A stretch of DNA of 63,432 bases, filler included, from Rhabdomonas costata (Eukaryota): NCBI GenBank assembly GCA_019059605.1. It is 43 parts of 43 records of this genome, joined end to end, with 100 filler letters (N's around TTAATTAATTAA, not from the genome) between each part and the next. Parts side by side here need not be neighbours in the genome. Positions count along the whole stretch, not along the records: positions 10,342 to 11,719 come from JAHMHO010017722.1; positions 11,820 to 13,196 come from JAHMHO010017723.1; positions 13,297 to 14,674 come from JAHMHO010017724.1; positions 14,775 to 16,152 come from JAHMHO010017725.1; positions 16,253 to 17,632 come from JAHMHO010017726.1; positions 17,733 to 19,110 come from JAHMHO010017727.1; positions 19,211 to 20,588 come from JAHMHO010017728.1; positions 20,689 to 22,065 come from JAHMHO010017729.1; 35 more parts are not named here. One strand, given 5' to 3'. Under the pieces are notes generated by a model. The model did no database searches and had not been told where the DNA came from. It saw only the letters and a program-made list of their open reading frames with translations. Below are positions 11,681 to 22,435 of the stretch, piece after piece. Position 1 is the first letter of the stretch. Each line of letters starts with the position of its first letter. Position numbers and translations under genes: made by a program.

Positions 11681-12661
11681 CTGCGAAAACGTTTAACACA
11701 GAAATCTCCACAAAAAACCNNNNNNNNNNNNNNNNNNNNNNNNNNNNNNNNNNNNNNNNNNNNTTAATTAATTAANNNNNNNNNNNNNNNNNNNNNNNNN
11801 NNNNNNNNNNNNNNNNNNNTTTTTTTTTACCTGCCCTTGAGGAAAACCGACTATGCTGGGTCGAAAGGCCTAAAAATGTGAACCCTAGATGATGCCATGA
11901 CTGGGATAGGTATACCCTGAAGAAATGAGCTTGACCGAAAATAATGAGGCTCCTCTTCGATGTTGCGTTCTAAACAGAGAAATGCTTTCTCGCCCTGACC
12001 GAAGGGTGGCTGTGAATGCTTGGGGCAGCTCAGGATTTTCGTCGAGCTTTCGAGCTCTTCATCAAAACAGAATGCCTGGCGACCGTCAGAGGCGCAAAGG
12101 CGTGGTGGTCAAGCGAGTGGTCTGGTATACAGAGAGATGTGGTCAGTGGTGGGAAGCTGCCAGTATTCTAGCTGGAAGTGTGTTCCTCCTCCCAAACATG
12201 TACCCAGCGGGTGGAATGCGTTCGTTTCCTCTCGCGAGCACCCGTGTTGGGCGTGCGCCCGTGAGTCTGCAGTGGTCACCAACAGTTAATTAGGCAACAG
12301 CCAGCGCGCTATGAGCCCACAATACACTCAAGCAAGACTGCCTTTTTGCGCAGACAAGAAACACAACCACCTCAACAGGCAATTTGCAAAAAGCAACCTG
12401 CACAGAAGAAACACCGGTTTCGGGGTTGTGCACAGCAGTCAGCAAAGGAAAGGAACCACGCGGATTGGATACCAACGCCAAACGCCATGTGAGTGGGTAG
12501 CCGCTCCTGCAGGAGCAGAGAAAGCGCGCGAGCAACCCGACGAATAGCAGATCCCAATGGATGCAGATGGCGCACTATTAGAGGACAAAATTTCAAATTG
12601 CTTGTTAGGGTAGCTTTTCTTTTCACCCACACCGTCCTTCATGTATGTGCTGTTGCCTGGT

Positions 12662-12664
<3 letters not shown>

Positions 12665-12719
<55 letters not shown>
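12665..12719. repeat. (CTGG)n microsatellite
   Basis: About 13 perfect units. Confidence 0.97.
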
Positions 12720-13420
12720 TTTCCTTCACGTGGGAACTGGCTCACAAAACGAGGTTGTCTTGTACAGACTCTTTCCTCCACAGGTTGGCTGCTGCCCCTG
12801 TTCTGGATGCTGCCTTGGTATGTCCAGATTTGGTTGCTGCGAATAGCAGGCGCCTTTGACTCCATGGCCTCATTCCGTGGCCGAGCTGCCCCGCCGCCGT
12901 AAAAGGGAGGCTCTGGGATGCAGGTGTACAGCGCTGGGAACAATGCAGCAATGTTCAGAGTTCTGTCTAATAGAGCGGGCAAGGGAACTGGGTGAAGAAG
13001 GGGGTGGAGATGTGAAGGAAGAGGATGATGGGAAGAGACGAAAAGCAAGCCCACTATGCTTCCCAATCCTCTGATTTTACGTTGAAGTTCCTTCTGGTTT
13101 TCGGTTTTCACTGTCTCGTATTGTGCCAGCCGTGATGCATGCGACAAGTTTGGGTGTTCAGGTTCAGCTTCTTCCTTCACATCCCCACCCCCACAANNNN
13201 NNNNNNNNNNNNNNNNNNNNNNNNNNNNNNNNNNNNNNNNTTAATTAATTAANNNNNNNNNNNNNNNNNNNNNNNNNNNNNNNNNNNNNNNNNNNNCATT
13301 TTATGCGTGCAAGAATAAACAGTAATAACAGTCCAAGGTGTGTCCAAGGTCCGGCACGAAGCACTGCGGCAATACTGGAGGGAGAGAGGAGGGGGAATGG
13401 GATAAGGGCTGTATGCGAGG

Positions 13421-13521
13421 TTGTGTTTGTGCTTGTGCTTGTGCTTGTGCTTGTGCTTGTGCTTGTGCTTGTGCTTGTGCTTGTGCTTGTGTTTATGTTT
13501 GCGTTTGTGTGTGTGTTTGTT
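13421..13521. repeat. (TTGTGC)n microsatellite with degenerate flanks
   Basis: About 10 perfect hexamers. Confidence 0.95.
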
Positions 13522-13688
13522 TGGAAAGGATGAATGTCTTGAGAACCGAAAGAGAGCCTTGCGCCGACAACGAAGAAAGGAAGAAGGAATGTCAGCATTG
13601 CAGCGCAGAAGGACGGGCGGGCCCTCTCTGAGCTGTCCAGATGCCTTGCCCACCGCGAGGTTGGCCTGTGTGTCGATGCATCGTGCAG

Positions 13689-13856
13689 GAGGTGCCGAGG
13701 CAGATCCATGTGCTGAGCCCTGGGCTGACGTTCCCGGTGCATGTCCACAGCACCGCCGTGGTGCTTGTGGTGCGGGATGTTTGGCCGAGGGGGCGGCGCG
13801 AGTCCGAGCCGGGCGCCACTGCGGTAGTGTGGGTCAGCGGGGGCACGGAAATGGTA
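13689..13856 (+). CDS. Exon resembling the N-terminal domain of peroxin PEX1
   Basis: EVPRQIHVLSPGLTFPVHV...AVVWVSGGTEMV resembles the PEX1-N pattern QI/VRI..P..FP.W....VVQL..GTEV; CAG acceptor, GTGCGT donor. Confidence 0.5.
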
Positions 13857-14774
13857 GTGCGTACGGTAGTGCGCGGCTCTGCTGCTGCAGAAGGTTTGTT
13901 CTTGCGTTTTGCTTATTGCCTATGACTGTCAGAAAGTAGGGGTGCATCGTCCTTCGCTGCGGACCAAGGATACTGACGCCACGTTTGACGTGCATCGTTT
14001 CCCATTTCAGTTCCGGGAATCTTCACTGCACGCGCTGTTGTTGTGTTCTGCAGAAGCTTTTGTGCGAAGCTATTCACACTTTTTGGTTGGTGACTCTCGG
14101 CTGCTGGACTATTCTCGCTCATAGCTTCAACGGATGCCCCCATAGCCGGCATCCTGCGGGTCTTTCCCTCTGCTGAAGAGTCGAGGAGTATCAGGTGTGT
14201 CTCGGGGTTAGTGTGGTTGTGCACGTTTCCACGGAAGAAAAAACAAAAGGAAGAAAAGGAGCAAAAGAAATCGAAACCACACTTCGGACTGTATATTTTA
14301 TTTTTCTTGTGTGCTGTTTGTAATGCTGGTGTGCCGTTCGTTTGTGTTTGGTGTCATTGGACTTTGTATTGCGGATATTCAAAAGACACCACTCGGTAGG
14401 GAGATCGGGTGTTGATGACGCGGAACAAAAAGGAGGCCGTGACATTAGGCATATGAGATTCGGTCGGAGTTCGCAGGTAAATATCGCTGGAACAGATTAC
14501 GTGACCTGTAATTTGTGTCAAGGAGGGCTACCTTATACCGTCGACCCCCGATTGCGCTGCCATCTCGTGGTGTTAGCAGGCAGTGGACGATTGCCTTGGG
14601 ATTTAAACTTTAGGATTTTCCGGAACCACTGATTTGGGGCACCCCCCCCCCCAACACAGTGGTTCCACCAAAACNNNNNNNNNNNNNNNNNNNNNNNNNN
14701 NNNNNNNNNNNNNNNNNNTTAATTAATTAANNNNNNNNNNNNNNNNNNNNNNNNNNNNNNNNNNNNNNNNNNNN

Positions 14775-16067
14775 GTTTGGGGGGCGGCAAGGCGGTCGCT
14801 GCCGCCACGGGTGGTGTCCGGAGAAGGGGGCCCGGAGAGCTGCTGCTGCAGCGTTAGGATGCGCACGCGGGAGTCCCGTATGGTCGCGGCCAGTACTCTG
14901 AGGAAGGCGAGGGTGGGGAGGTGGAGGGGAAAAGAAGGAGGAGGCCAATGGAAGGCACAGAGGCTTGCGGGTTATTGCCTTCACCAATGACCCACGAGAT
15001 GCCTTCGCATAGTCCTCGAGCAAAAATCGAGAAGGATGGCAAAAATATTTCTCTTTAATGTATGATCCCACATAAAGGAAGCACCTGAAGAAGTTACACC
15101 CTCACCCCACCCCAGCCACGCACACGCAATTAAATCAGAAGGGCCGTTTCCTCCCTTCCAACTGGACTAGCATCAGGGGTTTCGGATTTCTGGGCGCACC
15201 ACGCCCGCGATTTTACGGCATTCTTGCATTGTGCGAGGGGAGAGTGGGAAGATGCCGGACCTCCGCGAGGGATCCATGGGGTGCATCCCCGCGAGCTGGT
15301 TCTCCGCAGTCCGAGTCTTCGCCTCCAGCATCCTAATTTCTGCCTGCAGGGCCTTCTCCACGCTGCGGTCCACCCCCAATCCCATACACACTCACCAACG
15401 ATCTTCTCCTTTCTCCCACAGCACCGCCCGACTCCGATCTGACCACACCAATGTCAATGCCGTGAGGAAAAAATACAGATCTGCCTTCCCAAGTCCGCAC
15501 GTCGGATCAAAGCGCAACAAAAACGACCCCTGGGTCGCGGGGAGGTCACAGTGGTGCTGGAGTTGGGTTGGGTTGAAGCATGCCACCTCACTACTTCACA
15601 GTTCAAAGGATCTGCTCAGGGTTAGCTGTGCACGGGTGATGCAGCACGAGAAATTGCAGCAGAGGGTAGCTCATCTTCGCATATTCTCGGGTTGATGACA
15701 TTGCTCCCAGCGGAGCTCCGGATCATGCCACCAAGTTCCCGAGCCGTTGCGGGAAATGCTTTCCAAACCACAATTATAATTCTATTCCTCGCTCGGGTGC
15801 ATTTCATTTTCCCGCCCGAGAAGAAACGGCAGCCAAAGAAATGACAGCGACAGTCAGGCAAAAAGGAGGAGGAAGGGAGGGCAAAGGAGCCCGCGAAGCA
15901 GCCCCCACAACCCAAGTCCCAAGTGCGAGGTGCGCCGCGGCGGGGGCAGCGTGGGCAGCTTCTTGAGAGCGCGGGCGCGGAGCAGGCGCTGCAGCACCTC
16001 GGCCTGGTCCTCCGCGACAGGCGCCACCACAGAGGTCGACCGTGAGTCCAAACCCCGCATCCTGCCC
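14775..16067 (-). CDS. Multi-exon hypothetical helical protein fragment
   Basis: GC3-rich coding blocks (AEVLQRLLRARALKKLP; VDRSVEKALQAEIRMLEAK; DYAKASRG; VLAATIRDSRVRILTLQQQL) separated by intron-like sequence; boundaries uncertain. Confidence 0.45.
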
Positions 16068-16357
16068 AGGAAGACCCAGGAAGAGCCGTAAATGCTCCCA
16101 CCCACAAGTGCATGCACCAATGCCTTTCCACATTTTGCGACTCCACACACCCNNNNNNNNNNNNNNNNNNNNNNNNNNNNNNNNNNNNNNNNNNNNTTAA
16201 TTAATTAANNNNNNNNNNNNNNNNNNNNNNNNNNNNNNNNNNNNNNNNNNNNCGCCTGATCGATCGCATCCCCCCATCCAAGGGTCAGGGGACTTTGTCC
16301 CAGGGGTGAGAGAGGTGCGCCAGACTGCCGCCAATGTGTGTTCGCGACGCGTGGGTG

Positions 16358-17226
16358 GTGATCGGTACGCAGATCCTGGCCGACAGCACAATCCATGCCC
16401 AGATCCAGTACGCCGTGCAGTGCAGGCTGGCTCTAGTGCTACCGCTGTGGGAGGGCAAACCGGAGAAGGCCTACGAGGTCATCGCGGGGGCCCAGCAGGC
16501 CGACGATGAATGGATGTACCAGCTCCAGGAGAAGGTCTGCAGTGCGGCACAGGGCACCTCACTCTGTTGTTCCTGTTAAGATCAGATGGGGGGGGAACAC
16601 ACGGTCTGCGACATACCTCAGTGAAAAGGGACTATCATTGTTCATTTCAGGCACAGAGCAAACCCCTTCGCAGACTTCCGGACACCGCCACATCATAACT
16701 CGTACTCTTCCCGGCGCAGTCGGCGACCAATCGAACAGAGTTCAGTCGCATTCCGAACGACAGCTTCCGCTCTCATCACGCCAGTGACGAATCAGGCTAC
16801 GCCCAGCACACGTATGAGACCCCGTGCACGGTGCTGTCTCGGATTGGGGGTACTCGATAGCCTTTCTCCGCCCGGTTTGTCGATTCTCGGTTTGTCAGTG
16901 TTGCCCATGTTATCCTATGTCCCTCCGGCAGGAGAACGAGCGTGCGCAGCACGTCAATTTTGAGCTCGGGGTGCGGGCCCTCCTGGCTGCCCCGGGGGGC
17001 ACCACCACCACCCCCCCCCGCCGTGGGCCACTTCGAGAACCACCTCAAGGCCCACCCCGAGGACCTCCCCGCGAAGTGGTACCGCAGCCACGCCCGAGAG
17101 TGGGCTGGGCTGAGGCACCCCAGCTGGGGCCTCACTGCACCATTAGGGTTGCACCTGCTGGGCTCTGCCCCACCCGGGGGACCTGCCCCCATGACCCCAC
17201 CCATGCCGATCATCTGCGAGCCGTAA
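16358..17226 (+). CDS. C-terminal region of an adenylate/guanylate-cyclase-like protein (exons about 16358-16534 and 16932-17226; frameshift in the C-run near 17000-17020)
   Basis: VIGTQILAD...AYEVI...DDEWMYQL and AVGHFENHLKAHPEDLPAKWY resemble the tail following class III cyclase domains as I recall them from euglenozoans; phase-0 GT-AG intron 16535-16931. Confidence 0.6.
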
Positions 17227-18771
17227 GGACTGGCCTCCTTTCTCCCGTCTCCTTGCAGCCACTATGATGTGTTATGCCTTTTGTGTATGTCGGAAGGGGA
17301 GAGGTGGTGAGGTGTTTAAAGTGATGCCGCTGGTGACCCCCTGACATGCTCTGGCATTGCTTTCCGGGTACCGTTTCCCTCTCCGCTCGATCACTTTCCC
17401 TCTCGCTGATGATCAGTTTCTTGTATTTATGGTTTCAGCCTGAACCCCGTTTCCAGTTCCAAGGCTTGAAGCCAATCTTGGAAAGTCAGATGGAGATGAC
17501 TTCTGGGTGGACACGAACGAAAAATCGGAGATATGTTTGTTTCTTTTGGTCTCCCCAATTATTTGTGTAAGGTGAGTGATTTCTGTTTTCAATGTGATTT
17601 GATGTTTGCCTGATTGTTTTGCTCTCTTAGGCNNNNNNNNNNNNNNNNNNNNNNNNNNNNNNNNNNNNNNNNNNNNTTAATTAATTAANNNNNNNNNNNN
17701 NNNNNNNNNNNNNNNNNNNNNNNNNNNNNNNNAGATCTGTAGCAGACCTGGAACGCTACCACCTCCCGGCCCGCGCAAGAAAGTACAGTGTGTGCTGATC
17801 CAGAGCGAGCCGCACACAAGACTTACAGCTGGCTCAGGGAGGAGACGGTAGGGCTACGCTGGGGGGTTCATGCAAAGCTCTCAGGTGCTTTAAGAAAGGA
17901 ATTGTGTCAGCGAAGCCATGGCATGCCAGGATACATCACATGTGAATGAGCTCGTCTTAGTGATTGTGATATTCTGCGGGAGGGAGGCCGCTCAGTAGTA
18001 GCCTGCAGTTTTCTAAACGACGATTCTGAAGAGTGAGGTTGCTGCATTTCTAGGGGAGTGAGCCTGCGGGTCCATTTTGATCCGTTTTTCTTTTGCATTG
18101 AACTCACCTTGTTGACTGGGCCACTGGAGGAGGTGAGGTGAGTTTGGGGAAGGGTAAATGAGGTGCACTTTCACCCTTGTCTGCCTGCCTCCGAGCTGCA
18201 CTAGTCAGGGATCACCTGGAAAAGGGAGCGGGAGTAGGTCCCATATGTCGGCTCCAGTCTCCACCCAACCCTTTTCGACTTTGGCCCCATTTCCAAGGAC
18301 TTGGGAGTACTTGGGTAGAGCAGTTCTCGGAGTTCTGCAGTGCTTGCTTGCTGAGTGTGCATCCCAAAGCGTACTGCCCAGGCGAATGGCCTGGAATGCT
18401 TTGAATCCATTTTCGGCCCAGGGTCAATATTTTTTAGGCCTGGTTATGCTGTCAAAGGGTTCACGCACAATGCTTCGACCACATCCCCAGTTAATCAATA
18501 GCTGATTTTCTGCTGGTGTTGCTGGGGTGTTCCTGTCCCTTTTAGATCAAATCAAGCCAGCCGTAAGCTCATTCATCATGCATGCCCTGAGAAGACAGGA
18601 GAACGGGAGAATGGAGGACCTGCTGGCAGAAAGTGGAGACGGAAAACGACATTGTCAGATCGTTGTTAGCGCGTGCTCCAGGTGAGAGACAGAGTTAGAT
18701 TCTCCTCGAGGTGCTTGTTTGAGGCATCTAATTTTGGCAGCTCAGTCAACCCCCCCCCCTCCAATCCATAG

Positions 18772-18893
18772 GCTGGAAATTCACCACCAGCAAGCCGATG
18801 CAGATCTACCCCCCGGGGATGGAGATCCCCGCAGCCGCTGACGACGAAGAGGATGACTCGAAGAAGGGCAGGGACCCCAGCCGTGACGACTGA
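18772..18893 (+). CDS. Terminal exon of a hypothetical protein
   Basis: CCATAG acceptor, GC3-rich WKFTTSKPMQIYPPGMEIPAAADDEEDDSKKGRDPSRDD-stop. Confidence 0.4.
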
Positions 18894-20120
18894 GCTGGTG
18901 GGGGGTGCACGGCAGGTCAGTGGAACTGGTATTGCAGCCAATATACATACGCTACGACGCCTTCACGCGGAAGTATCTTTGATGGGTCTTCGTTCTCACG
19001 GCCAAAGCAGGGATTGTGGCTCGCCGAAAAATGCAATTCAAGAACTGGTGCGGCCCCCTCCCCTCGAAAACGATACATGGCGCCGCGAGAGTGTGTACAA
19101 ACCACACCCCNNNNNNNNNNNNNNNNNNNNNNNNNNNNNNNNNNNNNNNNNNNNTTAATTAATTAANNNNNNNNNNNNNNNNNNNNNNNNNNNNNNNNNN
19201 NNNNNNNNNNGGGGGTGGGGCTTTGGGATGGGCTGACGGAGATTTCCGAGGTGGTTGCTCTGGCAGATAGGGACAGGATTTTTTTCAACTTCGGCTTACC
19301 AACCCCCAGTCTACCCCAATTCTCTGTGCAAACCCGTGCTATCTAGGGATGATGCTCGTATCCCCTGGGATTCCAATGGAAGTTTTTGCAGGGGTTTGAG
19401 GGCGATGCACGTGCCCTTGGAATTCCATTGGAAGCGTTAGAAGCGCGCCTCAGGATCCTGGGCACCACTACACTTCTGGTCTCGGTCACGGCATACGTAG
19501 CGTCAGCTACGCACGGGTCTGCGTAACTGAGGGGGAAGGGGTCTAATGTACTACGCCCATGTACACCCCCGAGGAATCTATTGTAAATTGCAGGAACACC
19601 CGTCTTGGGCTGTACAGCCAATGGCTTCGAGGTGCTCCGAAACTCTGGGTCCTGGAGATTTTGCGGTATTATGATAGCGACTGCAATTATCTGGTTCTGG
19701 TCAAGATGATGCCCCCACCCCCGTCCAGAGAGATTTTAGGTTGGATTGATCTCAGCCAAAGCCTGGGTAACACTGTGGTGCTGCGCCCCGGCACATTTGG
19801 AATGCCAAATGTGCTCCGAGTGTCCCGTCACTCTGTGGATGCTTGTGCCACCATGGTAATGGGGGTTTCAGGGATGCATTTTACAGCGAGGCCCCTTTCG
19901 ATGCAGATAAACCTCCAGGAAAATGACCCCGTCTGCCATGCCTGCTGTCCTGTGTTGTTTTCGACATGGTGCATCCTTCCTTTTGTGGCAAGGCGAGTAT
20001 GTCTGCCCCCACACACACACCTCATGCGCCCTCTCCATTTTCCATCGGTGCCTATGCTTTCTCTGTCCTGAACTGCATCGCGGGCAGAGAGGCAGCATCT
20101 TTGCGGTTTGCACCCACCAG

Positions 20121-20397
20121 GTTTACAGCAGTGCCGATGGAGCACAGTGGACGTTGCGGGCCTCCAACCTCCGTGGGGTCCACCTCGCCTCTCGCGGGGG
20201 CCTTCTGTGGGCACTCGGCGGGTTTTGGGGAGATTGCAGCCTTTCTCCCGACGGGGTACACTGGGAGGACTGCCCATCGGCGCTGCCGGGGCCGCGGCAG
20301 GGGTTCGCATCAAGCAACTTTCTCGGCGGGCTGCTCCTCACCGGGGGCACCCTTGGCCGCGGGAGCAGCTGGGAGTCCTCCGAGTTCGCCTTTATAG
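20121..20397 (+). CDS. Exon of a Kelch/Asp-box-like beta-propeller protein
   Basis: Repeated S.DG..W (YSSADGAQW, LSPDGVHW) with LWALGG and LLLTGG; CAG acceptor, GT donor. Confidence 0.65.
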
Positions 20398-20932
20398 GTT
20401 GCTGCCTTTCTCATTGCCGTCCTGTGCTCAACCCGTTCTGACTGCACAATTGGGGCGCCAATGGGTCCATCCATGACCTGTATTTCAGTGCCTGTATTGT
20501 GTTCTTTGTCCTGATTTCCTTATTTGTTCGCCTTCTGTTTAACGGGGGAGTTTCTTTTGGGCAGATCTACGGTATTCCACACAAACAANNNNNNNNNNNN
20601 NNNNNNNNNNNNNNNNNNNNNNNNNNNNNNNNTTAATTAATTAANNNNNNNNNNNNNNNNNNNNNNNNNNNNNNNNNNNNNNNNNNNNGGGCAGGGCTAC
20701 TCCATGCCGCATGACAGAGGGCATTGGGACGTGTCGCCGGTCAAGGAATGTGGCAATCATTCAAAGTGTACAGCTGAACTTAACCTGAACTAAATGAGGC
20801 CACATGAGGCCACATAGGTGAGTAGGTATTCCTTTTCCAGCATTTTCCAGAACTCAAAGGGCCCCCTCCTGCATCTCCTCTGACACTTCACCTCTAAATG
20901 AATCTGCAATCTGGTCGTGCTCTGACCCACAG

Positions 20933-21249
20933 GCCACCCCGCGATGTTCCAGACGGGCTGGTTCGTGGAGAGCCTGCTGACCCAGACTTTGATTGTGCAC
21001 ATGATTCGCACGGCGAAGATCCCGTACGTCCAGAGCCGGCCCGCGGTGGGGCTCTTCGTCACCACCCTGCTGATCATGGTCATTGGGATCTCTCTGCAGT
21101 ACATCCCCGGGGTGTCCGAGATGCTGAAGCTTTTCCCTCTGCCAGGGTTCTATTACGTGTACTGCCTGGGCGCGGTTCTCGTATACATCTTTCTGGTGAA
21201 CTTTGTGAAGATGGTGGTGTACATTCCAATCTTCAAGGAGTGGCTGTGA
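20933..21249 (+). CDS. mgtA: Terminal exon of an MgtA/MgtB-type (P3B) Mg2+-transporting P-type ATPase
   Basis: FQTGWFVESLLTQTLIVHMIRTAKIPYVQSRP is the characteristic MgtA C-terminal motif; CTGAC..CACAG acceptor; TGA stop. Confidence 0.9.
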
Positions 21250-22169
21250 GAGGGAGGATCCGGTTTAACGGGAAGTTCTGGCAAATAGGGCGGCTGCACC
21301 GTTGGGCACCCCCCTGTGTGAGTTGGATTTGTGGACACCCGTCTTCGCATTCGTGAGGCTGTCTCCCTTCACTGGGTAGACGCCTCTCCATTTCTAGGTG
21401 CTTGTGGTTTGTGAGAGGTTCGCTGTACATTATTGCGGTGTGAAGGGCGAGGGGACCGTCCGCTCCTACATCCCACCCCAGTCCCACGCCCATGTCCCAC
21501 TTCTTTGGGAATGAGGGACACTCTTCCGCTGTTCCTTTTCTCCATGGGTCTGTGTGGTGTGGGCACCTCTTCCTCCTTCGGAGTCCGGTTATCCAGGGCT
21601 GGTTTGCGTTGTAGATCGTCCTCTCTCTTTTTCTTTAAGCTGGCCGTGTCCATCGACGCTGCTTGCGCGACTACTACTTCGCCGTTCTCACCGCGGACCG
21701 CGCGTGGAGTTGGCGGGAAGGATCATCCAGATCATCTTTGCTTTTTCACGGGACGGAAGGGTGCCTGAAAAGAGATCTCTGGTTACAGCCGTGTTTTTCG
21801 GTAATGAAGTAGATTTTATTATTGTTAACCAGCTTGGACTTTCTGACGCGTAGCCGAAGCTGGGTTATAATGCGATGCAAGTGGAAGTCCCTTCTGGAGT
21901 CCACGGTTCTCTGACTCAGATTGATGGATCCTTGGTGGACGGGCGGAGGACGGGAGTGGAGTTCGGGGGTTCGGCTTTTGCCTCCGCTCCACCGGAATCT
22001 GTTGAATATTAAAGGGCACTAGAAACTACCGGACACTGCCCCTCAGTTGTATGTCATATCGCGCANNNNNNNNNNNNNNNNNNNNNNNNNNNNNNNNNNN
22101 NNNNNNNNNTTAATTAATTAANNNNNNNNNNNNNNNNNNNNNNNNNNNNNNNNNNNNNNNNNNNNAATA

Positions 22170-22435
22170 ATTCCATTCTTTTCGTGCACATTTGCTTCAC
22201 ATTCTGCACACACTCTTTTTCCTTCTCTCAATCTCCGTCTTTTTTTCATTTCAGAGAGCCGTTGTTACAATGTGTTTTTGGTTCCTTCTAACGGTTTTGT
22301 TTGGTATTGGGAAAGACAGGAAGTTTCAACTAAATTTCTACCGAATTAGCAAAGTATTTTGTAAATAAATTGAGTATTTTGTAAGGAAAGTGAGCGTCAG
22401 TAAACCGACGAGGTTCGGGAGACCGAGCCTTCTCA
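22170..22435 (+). repeat. Dispersed repeat family, copy A (matches 52555-52780)
   Basis: Shared blocks CCGTCTTTTTTTCA, GTTACAATGTGT, TTTTGGTTCCTT, CTAACGGTTTTGTTT, TTTCAACTAAATTTCTACCGAAT, TCAGTAAACCG, ACGAGGTTC in the same order. Confidence 0.92.

Noticed and set aside
12439-13939. ORFs with ASQP, LAGW, HK, CA, CL or ST repeats
   Set aside because: They are translations of the (CTGG)n and (TTGTGC)n microsatellites
16990-17025. Frameshift in the cyclase-like exon as programmed frameshifting or a pseudogene
   Set aside because: It falls in G6, (CAC)n and C9 runs, where an assembly error is the simpler explanation
19371-19434. Small inverted repeat TTCCAATGGAA/TTCCATTGGAA with an inner helix
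   Set aside because: The motif is short and nearly self-palindromic, and no flanking reading frame supports an intron or element
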